A DNA stretch of 64,000 nt, taken from contig OX597825.1 in the NCBI GenBank assembly GCA_951406725.2, forward strand, positions 74,152,001 to 74,216,000, given 5' to 3'. Made by a program: the position numbers and the translations under genes. Shown here in pieces: positions 13,000 to 29,366 of this stretch (position 1 is its first letter; the number at the start of each line of letters is the position of its first letter). Source of the DNA: Octopus vulgaris. Lineage: Eukaryota. Under the pieces are notes generated by a model. It saw only the letters and a list, made by a program, of their open reading frames with translations. It was not told where the DNA came from and made no database searches.

Positions 13000-15128
13000 A
13001 CAGCAACAGACTGCATACTATCTGCATGCAGATCTGTTTCTATTTGTATTGCTGAAACTGGGTGCTTATGAAGAACATAAATCACAGAACACACATCACA
13101 GAAACCACTTAAGAAACGCAGCAAAGCTATATGGAAGATATCGACAGATTGCGGCAGTTTCGGTTTCTTGTTTGATATATAGAAAATGGAAAAATATATG
13201 CACTGGATTTGTGATAGACGTGTTTCACTATTCATAGCAATCAGGGACACTTTATACAGTCGCTTACCTTGCTAGAAACAGTTGCAAAAAATTCCTTGAA
13301 TAACACTCTGGCATCCTGAAATCATCGGGGTGTATTCGATAATGACGTCACAGGGTTCGTTTTAGTATTCATACCAATGTTGTCTAATAGCCAGCACCCA
13401 TCTGAGTTATTCATGTATCTCTTACTGACAGGATCATCTACTGTTACTAGAACCACAACTGGGGCCCTTGACAAGTACTACTGTTCCAAGCCAGAGCGAC
13501 CTGCACTCTGTGCTAATTAAGAAGTAACTCTAGTGCCTCATAATCCCTATATTCTAGGGTCAGGCCAGGTCAGGTCAGGAGAGAAGCTGACTTTCAGAGT
13601 AAACCGGTAAATCCAACAAGAAACCGCTACTGTATTTTTCTGAAGAAAAACCATGAATCTTCAGAGATTTGTAGGAAGACCTCTCAATGCAGATGCCTGT
13701 TGGTATTGCAACAGAAGAGAATATTCAATATGGATTGCTATTATCTTCGAAAGGCTTCTTTTGTCCGTAGTTGTATAAACTTATAAGCTTATAAACATTA
13801 AATTGAATCGGCTGAGTGGATGTATTATTGAACTGTGGTCTGAAAGCGCTTGATTTCAAATCCAGCAGTAAGTATTTCTTGTGTAATTCGCCAAGAACCA
13901 TAATTATCTTCGTTTCTATTCATCCACCTTTCAGAAAAGCTACGGACAGTAGATTAATCTATTCATGTTCTGGTGATCATTTATCTCTAATCCACCTAAA
14001 CAAACGGTATCCACCAATAAACTGTAGCTAAAACTCACTCAAGAAAGCCGATTGATGTTTAGGAAAATATACGTTCATATTTCTCTGACTTCAAACAGAT
14101 GCAAATAATTTCATAGTTCGATAACTATCAGCAAATGTACATACAGAAATAATGCACTAGCATGTAAATATATGTTTGTGAGACTCTCATTAAATCACTA
14201 GACGTATTTTCTAGTCTGACAAAGCAACACAAACTGATTATATATTCATACTGTATATTCATAGTAGATGTACATTCATGTATATTCGATATTTCAATAT
14301 TTCATGAAGAAATGAAATATTGGCCTGTTTTCACTGAAATCCACAAAGAAAGTGAAGTTCTATCAGTTATTTTCATCTGTTATATGTCCTCGTGCTTTAG
14401 AAGTGAATATATAGATACTTCTCTTCATGTTGAGTTCAAATATTCCACGTGTCAAATTACCTCAGGGAAGACGTTTATGAAAAAACCGATATTCAAGCAT
14501 CCAAGCCACTTGGGGACGTGAGTGATAATTTGTGGCTTTTATGAATACCATTCAAAGAAACAGTAATGTATATAAACTATATCTGCTTCAAAACTATATT
14601 CTAATAAAGGATCCAAATTTTGATACAAGACCAGGCGTTTAGAGGGAGGAGTATATCGATTACATCGACCTCAGTGTTCAAGTGGTTCTGATTTTAGCGA
14701 CCTCGAAAGGATGAAGGGCAAAGTGGACGTCGGTAAATAATTATTTATACATACACACAGTTACACTCACGTACAACACTCACAGATCTATGCACGTATT
14801 TATAGTCATTTTCTCATTCTCCCCCTCTTTCTCTGTCTCCAATATTTCTTCTCTCTCTCTCTTTTATCTCTCTCTCTCTCTCACTCTCTTACAGTTTTTG
14901 TCCATCCTCTTCTTCTCATGTCAAGTGTTTGCCTAATTACTATTGCGTCTAGGTTCAGCGGAAACCCTAATTTAGGTAGAGTAACTGAGTCTCGTCTCAC
15001 TCCGCATACTTGTTAGAAAATATGATCCAGGCGTATACCTTACATCTCGTTAAAGTACTATACTATATTTGACATAGTTTCGCATTAACACACGGACGCA
15101 CTCACACACACACACACACGTATATCTG

Positions 15129-15174
<46 letters not shown>

Positions 15175-15233
15175 TACACATATATATGTACGTTGCTTAT
15201 GTATTTATGTATGTATAAATATGACAGTAAAAG

Positions 15234-15264
<31 letters not shown>

Positions 15265-15270
15265 TGTATA

Positions 15271-15330
15271 CAGTGTATCCCCCAAAATGTGTATACACAT
15301 TTAGATAGTTGATAACTAATTTCTTATTAG
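15271..15330 (+). mobile_element. Tc1-like terminal fragment
   Basis: ta|cagtgtatcccccaaaatgtgtatacacattt resembles a CAGTG-starting Tc1 TIR after TA. No partner end was seen. Confidence 0.4.
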
Positions 15331-15349
15331 ATTTAACCCATTAGAAACA

Positions 15350-15555
15350 ATCTTTCTACTATAGGCACAAGGTCAAAAATTGGGGAAGGGACAGTCGACT
15401 GCATCGGCCCCTGTGCGAAACTGGTATTTATTTCATCGATTCCGAAAGGGTGGAAAGCAAAGTCGACCTCGGCGGAATTTGAGATCAGAAGATGAACGAA
15501 ATACTGCAGAGCATTTTCCCCGGCGAGCTTACGATTTAGCCAGCTCGCCGCCTTT
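15350..15555 (-). mobile_element. SINE family B, alternative tail (B2)
   Basis: Minus-strand head aaggcggcgagctggc, core gaggtcgactttgc, and tail ...ccttgtgcctatagtagaaag. Confidence 0.75.
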
Positions 15556-16091
15556 AAGAAACTTCTATATTATAATGGAGAAAGTTTCTTATTAATTAGA
15601 TATGTAGCGATCACTAAAAAAAAAAAGCAATTACTGAAGATTCCCACTCATATCACTTATTTCCTTTCCGTCGTCATCTAAGAATTATCAAATGAATTTG
15701 TTGCTATGGCTATTGGATACGTTATAGCTATTAAAATATCTCTATGTGATCGCTGCTACTTTTTCTACACCAAACGTAATTGGACTACCTTTATGTTTGT
15801 TTTAAAAAAGAGAGATTATGACTGTGATAAAATAATGAATGCAATATTTACTAAGCAAATGAACACTGTTATACAAAGAAATAATCGAGAATATAATGTG
15901 CTGCCTCACAAAGTTTGATCAAAGCGACGAGAATATTTTGATAAATTAAATTCAAATGTTGAAGTGAATCTAACGGTTTTGGTGTGTTTCTTAAATGACT
16001 TATAAACACCTTCCATGCTGAAATTACATTCATAATGTTCTTGTTATCATTTAACACTTCTAAATTTGTATTTTACAAAAGTTTTCAACAA

Positions 16092-16262
16092 GGCGTAGGA
16101 GTGGCTGTGTGGTACGTAGCTTGCTTACCAACCACATGGTTCCGGATTCAGTCCCACTGCGTGGCACCTTGGAGTAGTGTCTTCTGCTATAGCCGCGGGT
16201 CAAACAAAGCCTTGTGATTGGATTTGGTAGACGGAAACTGAAATAAGCATGTCGTATATATG

Positions 16263-16298
<36 letters not shown>

Positions 16299-16328
16299 CT
16301 GTCATATTTATACACATATATATATATG

Positions 16329-16394
<66 letters not shown>

Positions 16395-16632
16395 TGTGTG
16401 TGTATGTTCGTGTGTCTGTGTTTGTCACCCCAACATCGCTTCACAACCGATGCTGGTGTGTTTACGTCCCCGTCACTTAGCGGTTCGGCAAAAGAGACCG
16501 ATAGAATAAGTACTAGGCTTACAAAGAATAAGTCCTGGGGTGGGGGCGATTTGCTCGACTAAAGGCGCTGCTCCAGCATGACCGCAGTCAAATGACTGAA
16601 ACAAGTAAAAGAGTAAAAAGAGTAAAAAAGAG
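16092..16632 (+). mobile_element. SINE family A, full-length
   Basis: Same head, internal microsatellite and tail as the 12561 copy. Confidence 0.9.
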
Positions 16633-17069
16633 AATTATTGTAAAGCAATGTCAACGTTAAGGATAAAATTAAATGGAATCAGGTGTGTATATTTAGCAAA
16701 CTTTATGCAGGTAAGATAGAAAACTCTGATAGAAGACTTTCAAACAGTCATAAGGCATTACATCTGGCGTAACTTGTTTGTCCTCTTGAATTTTTCTAAT
16801 TAAAAAAACCTACTGATAATTGCAAATATTCTTACTGTTTTGAGGAATGTTTAGGAAAGGTCATTCTTGTTTATAGTATCTTTGAAATGTTTTTAAAATA
16901 ACTTGGATATTTTCACGTGTTTCCTAATCAAATTCTTTAGAATATGTTGTTTCTTCTAGTAATTGTTTTGCTGAATGTTTTGAGAACATAATGGCATACA
17001 CACTTTGAGAAAAAAAAAAATGAAGAAATAAAAGAGAAATCTCATTAAATACTATTGTATATCAGCACC

Positions 17070-17430
<361 letters not shown>

Positions 17431-17559
17431 TCTGTGTTCATAAGTTAAAAGTGCAACATTTCAAACAGTTTGTTTTTACTGTTGTTCATACATTATTTTT
17501 CCTTGTATGAGTTGCTGCTGTTTATAACATAATAGCGATATTACAGAGATTATTGGCTC

Positions 17560-18240
17560 AGTTTCTTCTCAAAATCGCGAGGCATTCTACATTACACTGT
17601 TTAAACGAATCAACGAAGCATCTCTTTCAACTTGGCTACTATGGCAGGGCAGATGGAAGGAAACCTTTATGTATCCAAAGAAGAATTTAGTGGGCAAATG
17701 AGATGGCAGAAAGAGCCATAGGCTTTAAGGAAACCGCCATATTCTTGGGCGAATCAAGATTTGCCCAGTTTTCTGACAGTGGCTGTGTGTGGGTCTTCAA
17801 CGCCTTAAGCTAACCATCTGCCACTAACCATGAAATGAGGCGGGTGGTTCAGTGTTGATGTAGGGAGCTATGTGGAGTGCTGGTAATTCAGACCTTGTGG
17901 AATATATTGGCAACATAGACTCAGAAAAATACATCCCTTTCCTTCGGAAAGGACTTTCAAATTTCTCCAGGGGTCAGGACAATTGGCTGCCTGGAGCCAG
18001 AAACAGAAGAGTTTTTTGGCGAAGGTAGTTGGCTGTTATGAAATCCTTTAAACACATTCGAGTTGTTCTTGTCATAGTAGCGAAAAACCATGGATATCTA
18101 TGTCAAATGTAGATTTGTTCAAATATTTGGGCGCAGCCTTGACAGAAATTCCTCATGCAATTTCTGAATTCACTAATATAGATTCTAAAGGGGTTTAATA
18201 ATAAAAACTGCGCAAGACAAGTCGGTAAAATACTAAATTA
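17560..18240 (+). pseudogene. Tc1-like transposase relic
   Basis: Reads KHLFQLGYYGRADGRKPL...WANEM...AIFLGESRFAQFSDSGCVWV...SVLM*GAMWSAGNSDLVEYIGNIDSEKYI. This parallels Tc1 motifs (ARRKPLL, VIFSDESKF, SVMVWG). Stops and frameshifts are present. Confidence 0.75.
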
Positions 18241-20159
18241 TGTATGTAAATGCATCAAATTAACATTATTTTGGTTCTGAAAATAGTGTTTGAAACATGA
18301 TGCCTAAAGATGCGTAGAACAAAAGCAAAGGAGGGATAATTGTAAAGTGAAACGGGTAGAGAGAAAAAGCAACAGAAAGGTAAGATGATAAGAGAAGAAA
18401 GACAGAAAGATGAGAGATGAAAAGAGAGGAAAAGAGCTACATAACATGACAGAGAGAGAGTGAGAGAGAGCAAGAAAAAGAGATAAAGAGAGAGAGAGAG
18501 AGAGCAAGAAACAGAGAGAGAGAGAGCAAGAAATAGAGAGTGAGAAGTCACTCCAGATATCACCAGCTGCATGGAGTGCCGCTAAAAGTGGGGACAAAAC
18601 AGGTACTAATAAACCGTTTGGTATTACTGTGGGAAAAAAAGAATGCTCAATACTATGACAGTGATAAATGATATTTTATTTTTGTCGAATCAACAATCTC
18701 TTGCTACTCTGAGTTTCACCATAAAGTACTCCAGGCAAATTATGATTGGATAATTGGTGTGGTTAGAACATTTGTATATATTTTTTCTAGTAATCTATTT
18801 ATTTTCCCGATTTCTTTACCCTAAGCTTAAATTATTTACTGGACTTCTATTTCACCTAATTTTCCGTTCATATTTAAGGTCTTATTTCTTTTGTCTTCAG
18901 TTCCTGTTTTTACTGTTTTTACCTGTCTTTTTGCGTTTTTTCTCTTACATATTTCATAATTTAAACGACTTTTATCATCCCTTTCAACATCCTTACATTT
19001 TCATGTACCCCATTATTTTTCCATAATCTTTTACAGCTACATTTTTCTAACCATTTTTCCGAATCATTTTTCCTATTATTTTTTTCAACATTTTCCTTAG
19101 AATGTCATTCTTATCTCCACCGATATTCTTAATTTCTTTTCCCTTTTCTCCATCTTTTTCCCATTTTGTCTCCATTCTTATTCTATACATTTTATTCTAC
19201 TTTATTCCATTCGAACTTGTGATCATTCTTCTAAACCAATATCTCAGTTGGGTTTTCTATTCGTTTTAATTACTATGTTTTTCAGTGACCTCCAATACTT
19301 TATTCACCTCACTCTACATCTTCACTCACCCCTAAAATGTTATATATTGCATTTATATTTTGTTTACCCACTTGCCATTTTGTCCATCCCTGTCGTTTTA
19401 ACTCTCATGCTATTTCTATTTTTCATTCATTCCAGCTAAGAGTTCATTATCTCCTTTTCCAAACTCTATAACTCAAACATCTGTTCCCTCTTTCTCAATT
19501 ACTTTCTTTCCCTTTTCATTTCTCTCTCAACCCTTTTCTCTTTTCTACTTTTCTTTTTTATTTTTTATCCTTTTCTTTCTTTCACACTCCTTTCTCTTTT
19601 TTCCCTCTTTTCCTTTTCCTGATTTCTTCCTTTTTCTCGGCTTTAATTTTCTTTAGATTTTTTTTCTTTTACTCTCCTTCCATCACAACTTCTCCCTACC
19701 CCTTCCTTCCTTCCCGCTTGCTTTCCTCCTATTTCCTGTCCTTTATCATACTTTCTCCCCACCATCACACCATATGGCTAGAAAACTCTATATGTAAATG
19801 TGGAAACCTCATAAATTTTCCAGTCACACCTTGCTTCAACATCCTCTGCACTTACAGGTGAAACCCAAAACAAAAAAGATACTGACTTGATCAAAAAGTC
19901 AAAAGTTTTGCAATATTTTGGTAACTTAGTTGCTTCATTCGTCAATTACAACAAAAGCACCCTACCATTTAAACTAGACGTTACCATGTGAAACCGTCTC
20001 AAGCCACCATTCTGTTAGTTCTTTGTTCCCTCACTGATACCAGTCCTGGTCCTTCGAGACTAAGGACTCATTCACAGAAGCTTCCGCCTTATCTTGGTTG
20101 ATGAAGTGTCACGAGCTCATAAAGTGAACCATAGACCGGAACAGTTAATAATCCTAGGG

Positions 20160-20570
20160 ACATATTTTCTTCTGTAATTCCAACGTGCATAAGCAGTGAT
20201 TGAGCAAGTGGCAGCTTCCGGAATCTATCGCCAAACATGGGTGTTCCGTACCCAATATGATACTTTGCATCTGGTGGAATAATGAGGGCGTAATACAGTA
20301 GGAGCTCAATGCAGAAGGCCGAAACACTCGCGCTATCGCTTTACGCTGAACAGTTGGAGTGGATGTATACCTTCGTGCCACAAAATACCCGCCACTGGTT
20401 AACAGAAATCGAGCGCTTCCGCTGCAAGACCTCATACGATTCAAACGGCCCGGAAGAGGCTACTAAAATTCGAGGGAATCGAATTGATGTCACATACAAA
20501 ATATAGCCGAACCGAGCTCCTTTATTCCGGTCCATTGGTCACTTTCTGCGCCCGAGACGCTTCATCAACC
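20160..20570 (+). pseudogene. Mariner transposase catalytic-domain relic
   Basis: Reads IFFCNSNVHKQ*LSKWQLPESIAKHG...MILCIWWNNEGVIQ*EL...LYAEQLE...YPPLVNR...LFRSIGHFL. This parallels mariner KVMLCVWWD...LYCQQL...LVNRK...LFRSL. Confidence 0.8.
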
Positions 20571-20926
20571 AAGAGTGAAGGAGTTCTTATTTGGTAAAAA
20601 TCGCTTATTGACGTGTTTTGTTCCATTTTTTCCCTGACAAGATGACTACATTGTTTTACATCATTTTTATTCCCTCCCGAATAATCTCAATGCTCTTTTC
20701 GAAACGTATGTTGGAAGTATAAATGATTTGAAATAACACCTGCGTTTGACTTCATTTCTTGATTTATCCATGTTTTTGCTACCCTGGTAACTATTTATTT
20801 ACTTTTTTCCTTGTTATTGTACACATCGAAACATCGAAAAGTATCCATACATTTATATACATACATACATACATACATACATACATACATACATACATAC
20901 ATACATACATACATACATACATACAT

Positions 20927-20959
<33 letters not shown>

Positions 20960-21754
20960 CTTGAATTTATGTATGTATATATGGATGGATGGATGGATGT
21001 ATTATGTATGTATGTATATATGTCATTATTCAGTTTATTTCAAAAGTTTTTGCCAATAGAGAAAGAACCGGTTTCTAACCTAGATCCAAGGTTCCTTCAT
21101 TGGAATTTCAACATCAACAACAGGGTATTTTTGCTTGTATGTATGTATGTATGTATGTATGTATGTATGTATGTATGTATGTATGTATGTATGTATGTAT
21201 GTATGTATGTATGTATGTATGTATGTTTGAATGCATGTACATGAATGCATAGGGTGTGTGTTTACGGACGCTTGGTTGGCCATTCATGCAGGTGATCTGA
21301 TGTAGAACAGCTCTTTTCAACCTTTACTACTCATCGTTATTCTTCTGTTACCGACATTCTGCCAACACACCCCTCCTCCACTCCCCGCATGGCGGGCGAT
21401 CGAAACAAAATCAAATACATTCACTATTTCCCAATCTGATTTCAAAAGCAAAGTACACCAACCAATACACTGAAGGTTTGCTGTTCAACGGTTTAACTAC
21501 AAACTTGAGTTCTCCAGACACCATCCCCATTCCCCATTCAGTCTCATCGACGACGCCACAAAGATTTTAAAAAAAGGCGGGGGGGGGGGGTCTTACTTCC
21601 TCGAAGCTACAAGGCACAAAAGAAAAATATATCTCTTATTAATACCTTCTTTGGTATTCACGATTGTTTAACACCATGCTATTGCAATATTCTGGCTACC
21701 TGAAAGTCTAACCTATAACTCGTTCTGTAACCTTTGTTATCCTTATCTAACTTT

Positions 21755-21757
21755 TCC

Positions 21758-21791
<34 letters not shown>

Positions 21792-21951
21792 CCACCACCA
21801 CCACAACCAACACCACCATCATCATCATCATCATCATCATCAACACCACCACCACGACCACCACGACCACCACGACCACCAGCACCACCAGCACCACCAG
21901 CACCACCACCATCATCATCATCATCATCACCACCACCACAACCAACACCAC

Positions 21952-22025
<74 letters not shown>

Positions 22026-22084
22026 ACACCACCACCACCAGCACTACCAGCACCACCAGCACCACCACCATCATCATCATCATC

Positions 22085-22141
<57 letters not shown>

Positions 22142-22280
22142 ACCACCACCACCACCACCAGCACCACCACCACCACCAGCACCACCATCACCACCACCAT
22201 CACCATCATCATCATCATCATCATCACCACCACCACCACAACCAACACCACCATCATCATCGTCGTCTTCATCATCATCA
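21755..22280. repeat. (CAT)n/(CAC)n trinucleotide array
   Basis: Seen directly; recurrent acaaccaacacc and agcacc variant units. Confidence 0.95.
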
Positions 22281-23719
22281 ACCGCGACATATATTCAGTA
22301 TTTCGCCATTATGCAACTTTTTCTTGTTGCTATAGTGTTTTTTTATATTTTTAAATTATTTTTACCTTTCTTCTGGTTCTTCCCATACTTTATTATTTCC
22401 CCAATTCCTACACATATTGATTCATAAAAATCCATGCATAAACACACAAGTATTACATGTCTGCACATACACACACACACAAACACATACGGACACACAC
22501 ACACTCACACACGTACACACACACAGACATAAGCACACACATGTTTATTTACACACATTACATACATATATAGATACGCACTCATACAAAATAGGGCGCA
22601 AATATTATATAAATATTACTAAAAATACTACTATATATGAATATAAACACAAATTCAAGCGTTCAGAGATATATGGATACATCCTTCTTCTTCCACCCCT
22701 TCCTTCTACTCCTCCTGCTACTACTCATGATGATGATGATGATGATGCTGATGATGATGATGATCTTCTACTTCTCCTTTGTGTTATCTTCCCTTCTTCC
22801 TTCTTCGTTCTACTTCATTTCTTCGCCTCCCCCATTCTCCCCTTTTTTGCTTTCCTTTTTAACTCCCTCAACACATCTCCTCCCTTCCAATTCCGTTCCA
22901 TCCACACATTTTCAACTTCTCAACCTCTCAACCTGCCCACCCTGTTCATTATTACCATTAACGTACAAGAACAATAACAACAACAGCAACACAACGAAGA
23001 TCAGAAACAAAGGTGAGAGAAAACCGCGATAAAAGAGATAAGGCCACCTGTGCAGGCAAGGAGCATCATGGGTAACTTTTTAATAGGAAATAGATTTAAA
23101 GATTTTTCAGGATTGTCGCCATAACTTCACCGATACAGCCATTAATCTCACGTAAAAATTGCCTAGCTCCTTGGCCTCTTGTTCCTATAAACACTTGCTG
23201 TCTATTCTCATCTGTATATTTTAGATGTGTTCTTTAATCTCTAAGTATTTTATACTTCCATAGAATGGCCTGGATTCTGTTAATTTCCTTTTTTATTTTT
23301 ATTGGGAGACATTTTTTTTGTTGTTTAATTTGCAATGTCTTGACTAACACATATTGAGAGGCACATGGAAATATGTAGTCATGCGTACATACACGCATTC
23401 GAACATGAAAATATATGTATATCTGTCTATCTAGCTATACACATAAGAACACACACACACGTACACACACGCACACACATACACCCACGCACACACATAT
23501 ATATATATATGAAAGTGTGCATATACAGACATACACAATAACGCTTATATTTATAATTACAAATATGCACAAACATATATGTACATACGCACACATACAC
23601 GCGAACACACATACACACACATGAGCATATATATATATATATATATATAGATACATACGCACAACCATACATATATATTCATATCTATATCTATATATAT
23701 ACATATGTATGTGTTATGT

Positions 23720-23754
<35 letters not shown>

Positions 23755-23756
23755 GG

Positions 23757-23848
<92 letters not shown>

Positions 23849-23966
23849 AAACTAGCTAGCTAGCTAGATAGATAGATAGATAGATAAATAGATAAATAGA
23901 CAGATAAATAGATAGATAGATTGATAGATAAATAGACAGATAAATAGATAGATATATAGATAGATC

Positions 23967-23998
<32 letters not shown>

Positions 23999-24012
23999 TA
24001 TAGATAGATATG
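23755..24012. repeat. (GATA)n microsatellite
   Basis: Seen directly. Confidence 0.95.
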
Positions 24013-24930
24013 TGTGTGTGTGTTTATATATACAAACACAGACAAAGACAGATAAATATCTGCATGTATGTAGATATCCTAGCAATTTGACTTTAGTAAT
24101 ACATTATCCACCCCCATATTACAAGTAGCCACCTTCGGTAACACATGCACACACATACAGACACAGGCGCACACATTCACCCACTCATGCACACACACAC
24201 ACACACACACACACATAGAAACACCCTTCTTCACACAAACACACACACACGTGTGTCTGTGTATATATATATATATATAACGCCAAGATAATTTATCTGA
24301 CGTCTTCCAACCTTTTGTAAGCCTCATTGCGTTATGTAGTCTTTCACACGTCAATGCAACGGCTAACCTTTGCACTACTTGATGTGTAGGTTAAAGGTTC
24401 GCGGGAAAAATTACCTCTCGTTTTACATCATCGCGTATTCCACCACACGTTTACACTTAAGAAATTAGATTAATAAGTTAATACTTGTCGTGTGTGAGCT
24501 CTACTCTCTTTCTTTCTCATTTCTGGTTGTTTTTGTTTTTTTGGTTTTCGCTTTCTACATTTATATTTTCTTTTTAAGAATAAGTCTAGTTTGGAATATC
24601 GCAGCTTTGCTATATACATTTGATAAAGGAATAACCATGAGTATAAGAAGTCGTTCTCGCGCTCTAACGGCATCTTTGCTATTTCACCAGATGGGACACA
24701 GCGAAAGTGGGAAACTGGTTAGAGCTTTGCCTATAATATCTTGTGATATTTCTTCCGAGACTTTGCATTCTGAGTTCAAATTCCGCCAATACCACCTTCA
24801 CATTTTGTTATTGCCAAGATCAATAAACAATCCCTTCTACGGCAGTCATAAGGCCTGAAATTATGTGGGGTGGGTTCAGTAGGCTAGTCGATCGCATCAT
24901 CCCCTGTGCCTAAACGGTACTCATTTTATA

Positions 24931-25155
24931 AGGCGGCGAGCTGGCAGAAACGTTAGCACGCCGGGCGAAATGCTTAGCGGTTTTCGTCTGCGTTACGTTG
25001 TGAGTTCAAATTCCGCCGAGGTCGACTTTGCCTTTCATCTTTTCGGGGTCGATAAATTAAGTACCAGCTACGCACTGGGGTCGATGTAATCGACTTAATA
25101 CCTATGTCTGTCCTTGTTTGTCCCCTCTGTGTTTAGCCCCTTGTGGGTAATAAGA
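24931..25155 (+). mobile_element. SINE family B, full-length (tail B1)
   Basis: aggcggcgagctggcagaaacgttagcacg...gagttcaaattcc...ttagccccttgtgggtaataa. Confidence 0.9.
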
Positions 25156-26048
25156 GGTTCAGTTCTCACTCCTTTCTCTTTCCCTCTCACCAGTCACCGA
25201 GGCTCTGCTAAGAGTGATTAGAGCGTCTTCTTACCTTGATTAAAAGATGAAAAAGAAAAGCAACAAAAAGAAACAATGTGATAGGTACTAAATTATTTAA
25301 TGTAGAGGGCCACTACATTTTTAATTACGCATTGAAAATAGCATTAGTTTAATTATAAATTCCTGGACCGAGCATCGCATTGAATATTTTAGCAAGGCGC
25401 CTCATTTGATTCTTTTCCAATCTATGATATGGAAAATAAGTACCAACTCACCGTTCAGTAACCACATCATCGATAATTCGCAGGGCAAAGATGTAGCGGG
25501 ACAAGAGAGTATACCTCTGTATCCGTGTCAACTCGTGACCTCATATGTATCCAAAATAATTAACGACAGCGTGATATGAATCTACTCTAAGCCATACTCG
25601 CTTGCGAGTGATGGCCGTAGTTTATATGATAGCACGGCTAATCATTGGCACAAACCTGTATTATAAACCAGCAATTACCTCTGAAAACACTATCATTGTC
25701 TATGCATAGGAAAAATGACTATAGAGTGATTTTAGACCAAAAGGTTACATTTGTTATACATGATGTCATTTTCAGACGTATGCTGTCTGAAAGAACTTGG
25801 ATGAAACTTCTATAATTGTCTGACGTGAAATCCTAATAGCCTGTCATACTGATAACAGAACACACAGCGATATATTACATTCTGGCATCTTGCAATATTT
25901 CTCTGCTTCTATATTTCAAAAGAGTTGTAACAACTACTTGCTACATGTTATTCAGTCTCAACAATTAGAAAGAGTGATTGCATATTTGAAATACCAAGTT
26001 ATATCTCTTTACTATTTGCTTATTGATGTATGTGTGTTATATGTATAC

Positions 26049-26105
<57 letters not shown>

Positions 26106-26129
26106 TATATATATATTTATAAATGTATG

Positions 26130-26883
26130 TGTATTTTTTCAAAGTGTACAAATAACACAGAAAAAATAAATAAAAAGTTACCAGGGTAGCAAAAATTCAC
26201 ATAAGTGTCAAGGAAGTTACAGCCTACATATAAAGGTAGTAATTCCAGGGTTTAGTGAAATGTTTTTGTAAAATAGATAAATTAAGAAGTGGACTTTAAC
26301 GCAAGTGTTATTCAAATCTTTATACTTCCGACATATGTTTCGAAGAAAACATTGGTATTATTTCCGAGGGAATAAAATGATGTAAAAAAATGTAATCATC
26401 TCGTCAGGGAAAAGAGTGAAACAAAACACAAAAATAAGCCATTTTTACCGAATGTGAGTACCGCGTGTATGGTAAAGGGAACGCAGGCAAGTAATTTTTT
26501 AAAACACCGTTAATAGATTAAACGTCAAAGGCAATTTATAGGGAGAGAAGGAGGAGAGAGAAAGTAATTAATAGAGAATTAAGAGTGGAGAAATATAGTG
26601 CGATAGATGAGTGGAAATAAAGCTTAAAGGCGTGTAAATAGATATATGTAGTGGAAATGATATGTACGAAGACTGTTAAAAGTCGAATTTTATAGATTGG
26701 TAGAAATTATTTATAGGAACTAAAGGTGTTTTTAACGTTTGCAATGATAAACGCGTTTACAAGAGAATTCTCCGAGAACAGAATGAGATACCATTCTCCG
26801 TTACAGAGCCGACTTAAGAATTAACCTTTGTCATATGGAAAGGATCTAGCGAGAATATTCCATTCCAAATCAAATTGTTTATT
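26130..26883 (-). mobile_element. Penelope-like element 3' relic (GIY-YIG C-terminus plus pLTR with hammerhead)
   Basis: Minus strand from 26883 reads NKQFDLEWNILARSFPYDKG*FLSRLCNGEWYLILFSENSLVN, similar to the PLE endonuclease tail KWKIL...PY...CxLC. A hammerhead follows downstream, then (TA)n. Confidence 0.7.
26326..26411 (-). ncRNA. Type I hammerhead ribozyme motif (canonical core)
   Basis: Minus strand reads TTCC-CTGACGA-GATGA...TCTTC-GAAAC-ATAT-GTC-GGAA. Stem I is TTCC/GGAA, core is CUGACGA plus GAAA, stem III is AC/GT with a palindromic ATAT loop, and the triplet is GUC. Confidence 0.75.
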
Positions 26884-27199
26884 ATGGAGTTTTCTACCTC
26901 AATCCTTTCCTGCTCATAAAGGGTTTAGCTTTATGGCGTATCGTCAGATCCCAAGACCTGTTGGCCCAAGACCTCTTAAAAATATGGAGGAGGAAATGCC
27001 TCACTTCTCAAAGGTAAGAATTGGGATTATCTCCCTTTGCTATTGGCTATCGGATTCCGGCTGTGCCGCCATCTTTTGGGCTCCAAATGGCTAGCAGGAA
27101 CCTCCTAAAATGGAAGTATGGGATGAAAATCTCCGGTCTGGAGTCAAGGATGTTCCTTAACTATATATATATATATATATATACATATGTATGTATGTA

Positions 27200-27496
27200 T
27201 TCAGCGTGACACAGAGAATGTATCCATAACGTAGTTCTCGGGGATATTCAGCGTGACACAGAGAGTGACAAGGCCGGCCCTTTGAAATATAGGTACAACA
27301 GAAACAGGAAGTAAGATTGAGAGAAAGTTGTGGTGAAAGAGTACAACAGGGATCACCACCACCCCCTGCCGGATCCTCGTGGAGCTTTTAGGTGTTTTCG
27401 CTCAATAAACACTCACAACGCCCGGTCTGGGAATCGAAACCGCGATCCTATGACCGCGAGTCCGCTGCCCTAACCACTGGGCCATTGCGCCACCAC
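27200..27496 (-). mobile_element. SINE family C (tail type 2)
   Basis: Minus-strand head gtggtggcgcaatggcccagtggttagggcagcggactcgcggtc...; tail ...tcaaagggccggccttgtcactctctgtgtcacgctgaat. Confidence 0.85.
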
Positions 27497-28122
27497 GCCA
27501 GGTGCAAATAACATGAAATACGCAAACGAGGGAAAAGTGAGTGGAATACGTAAACAACGAGAAGGAAAATGGAAAACAGGACAATTAATCACAGAGAAAG
27601 GACCCTTCATCAGTTGTCGGCTGTGTATCAATCCTCATTTCGAGCACTTAACGACAATATCTGTCTTCAAAGACAGTTGCTCCCATAAATTCTAAAATAA
27701 AGTTTAAGATTTATAGAGGGTCATATTTGGGAACAAAACAAATGACAGCGGAGACATATAAGGAAACCGAACGAAAACAAACATGGAGGGTCGTTAGACC
27801 AGAAGGAGAAGAAAATAGTGAACGCTGGGAGAAACATTTTTTTTTTTTTGTTTTGAAAAGGGAAATGGTAGAAATGAGAAAGAAAAACACACATATATTA
27901 ATAATGCATGTTCAAAGGCATAAATGCTGTTAAAACAGCAGAGAACGGATAGATTTATCCAAGTCTGATTGGTGACATATTTTTCCGCTTTGTATGGATA
28001 TTTTATCCCATCTCTGCTGTTCTATCAGCGTTTATGCTCTTGAAAATGAATTATCTTATTTGTATCTCACAATACACATTTCAACGCTTCTAAAACAAAC
28101 ATTAGTTTGTTTACATTTATCG

Positions 28123-29366
<1,244 letters not shown>

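Noticed and set aside
18700-19440. Possible old LINE relic on the minus strand
   Set aside because: Strand purine bias is suggestive, but I could not recover a convincing RT or endonuclease motif by eye.
21679-22354. Poly-Thr/Ile and poly-Met/Val ORFs
   Set aside because: Read-through of a (CAT)n/(CAC)n array.
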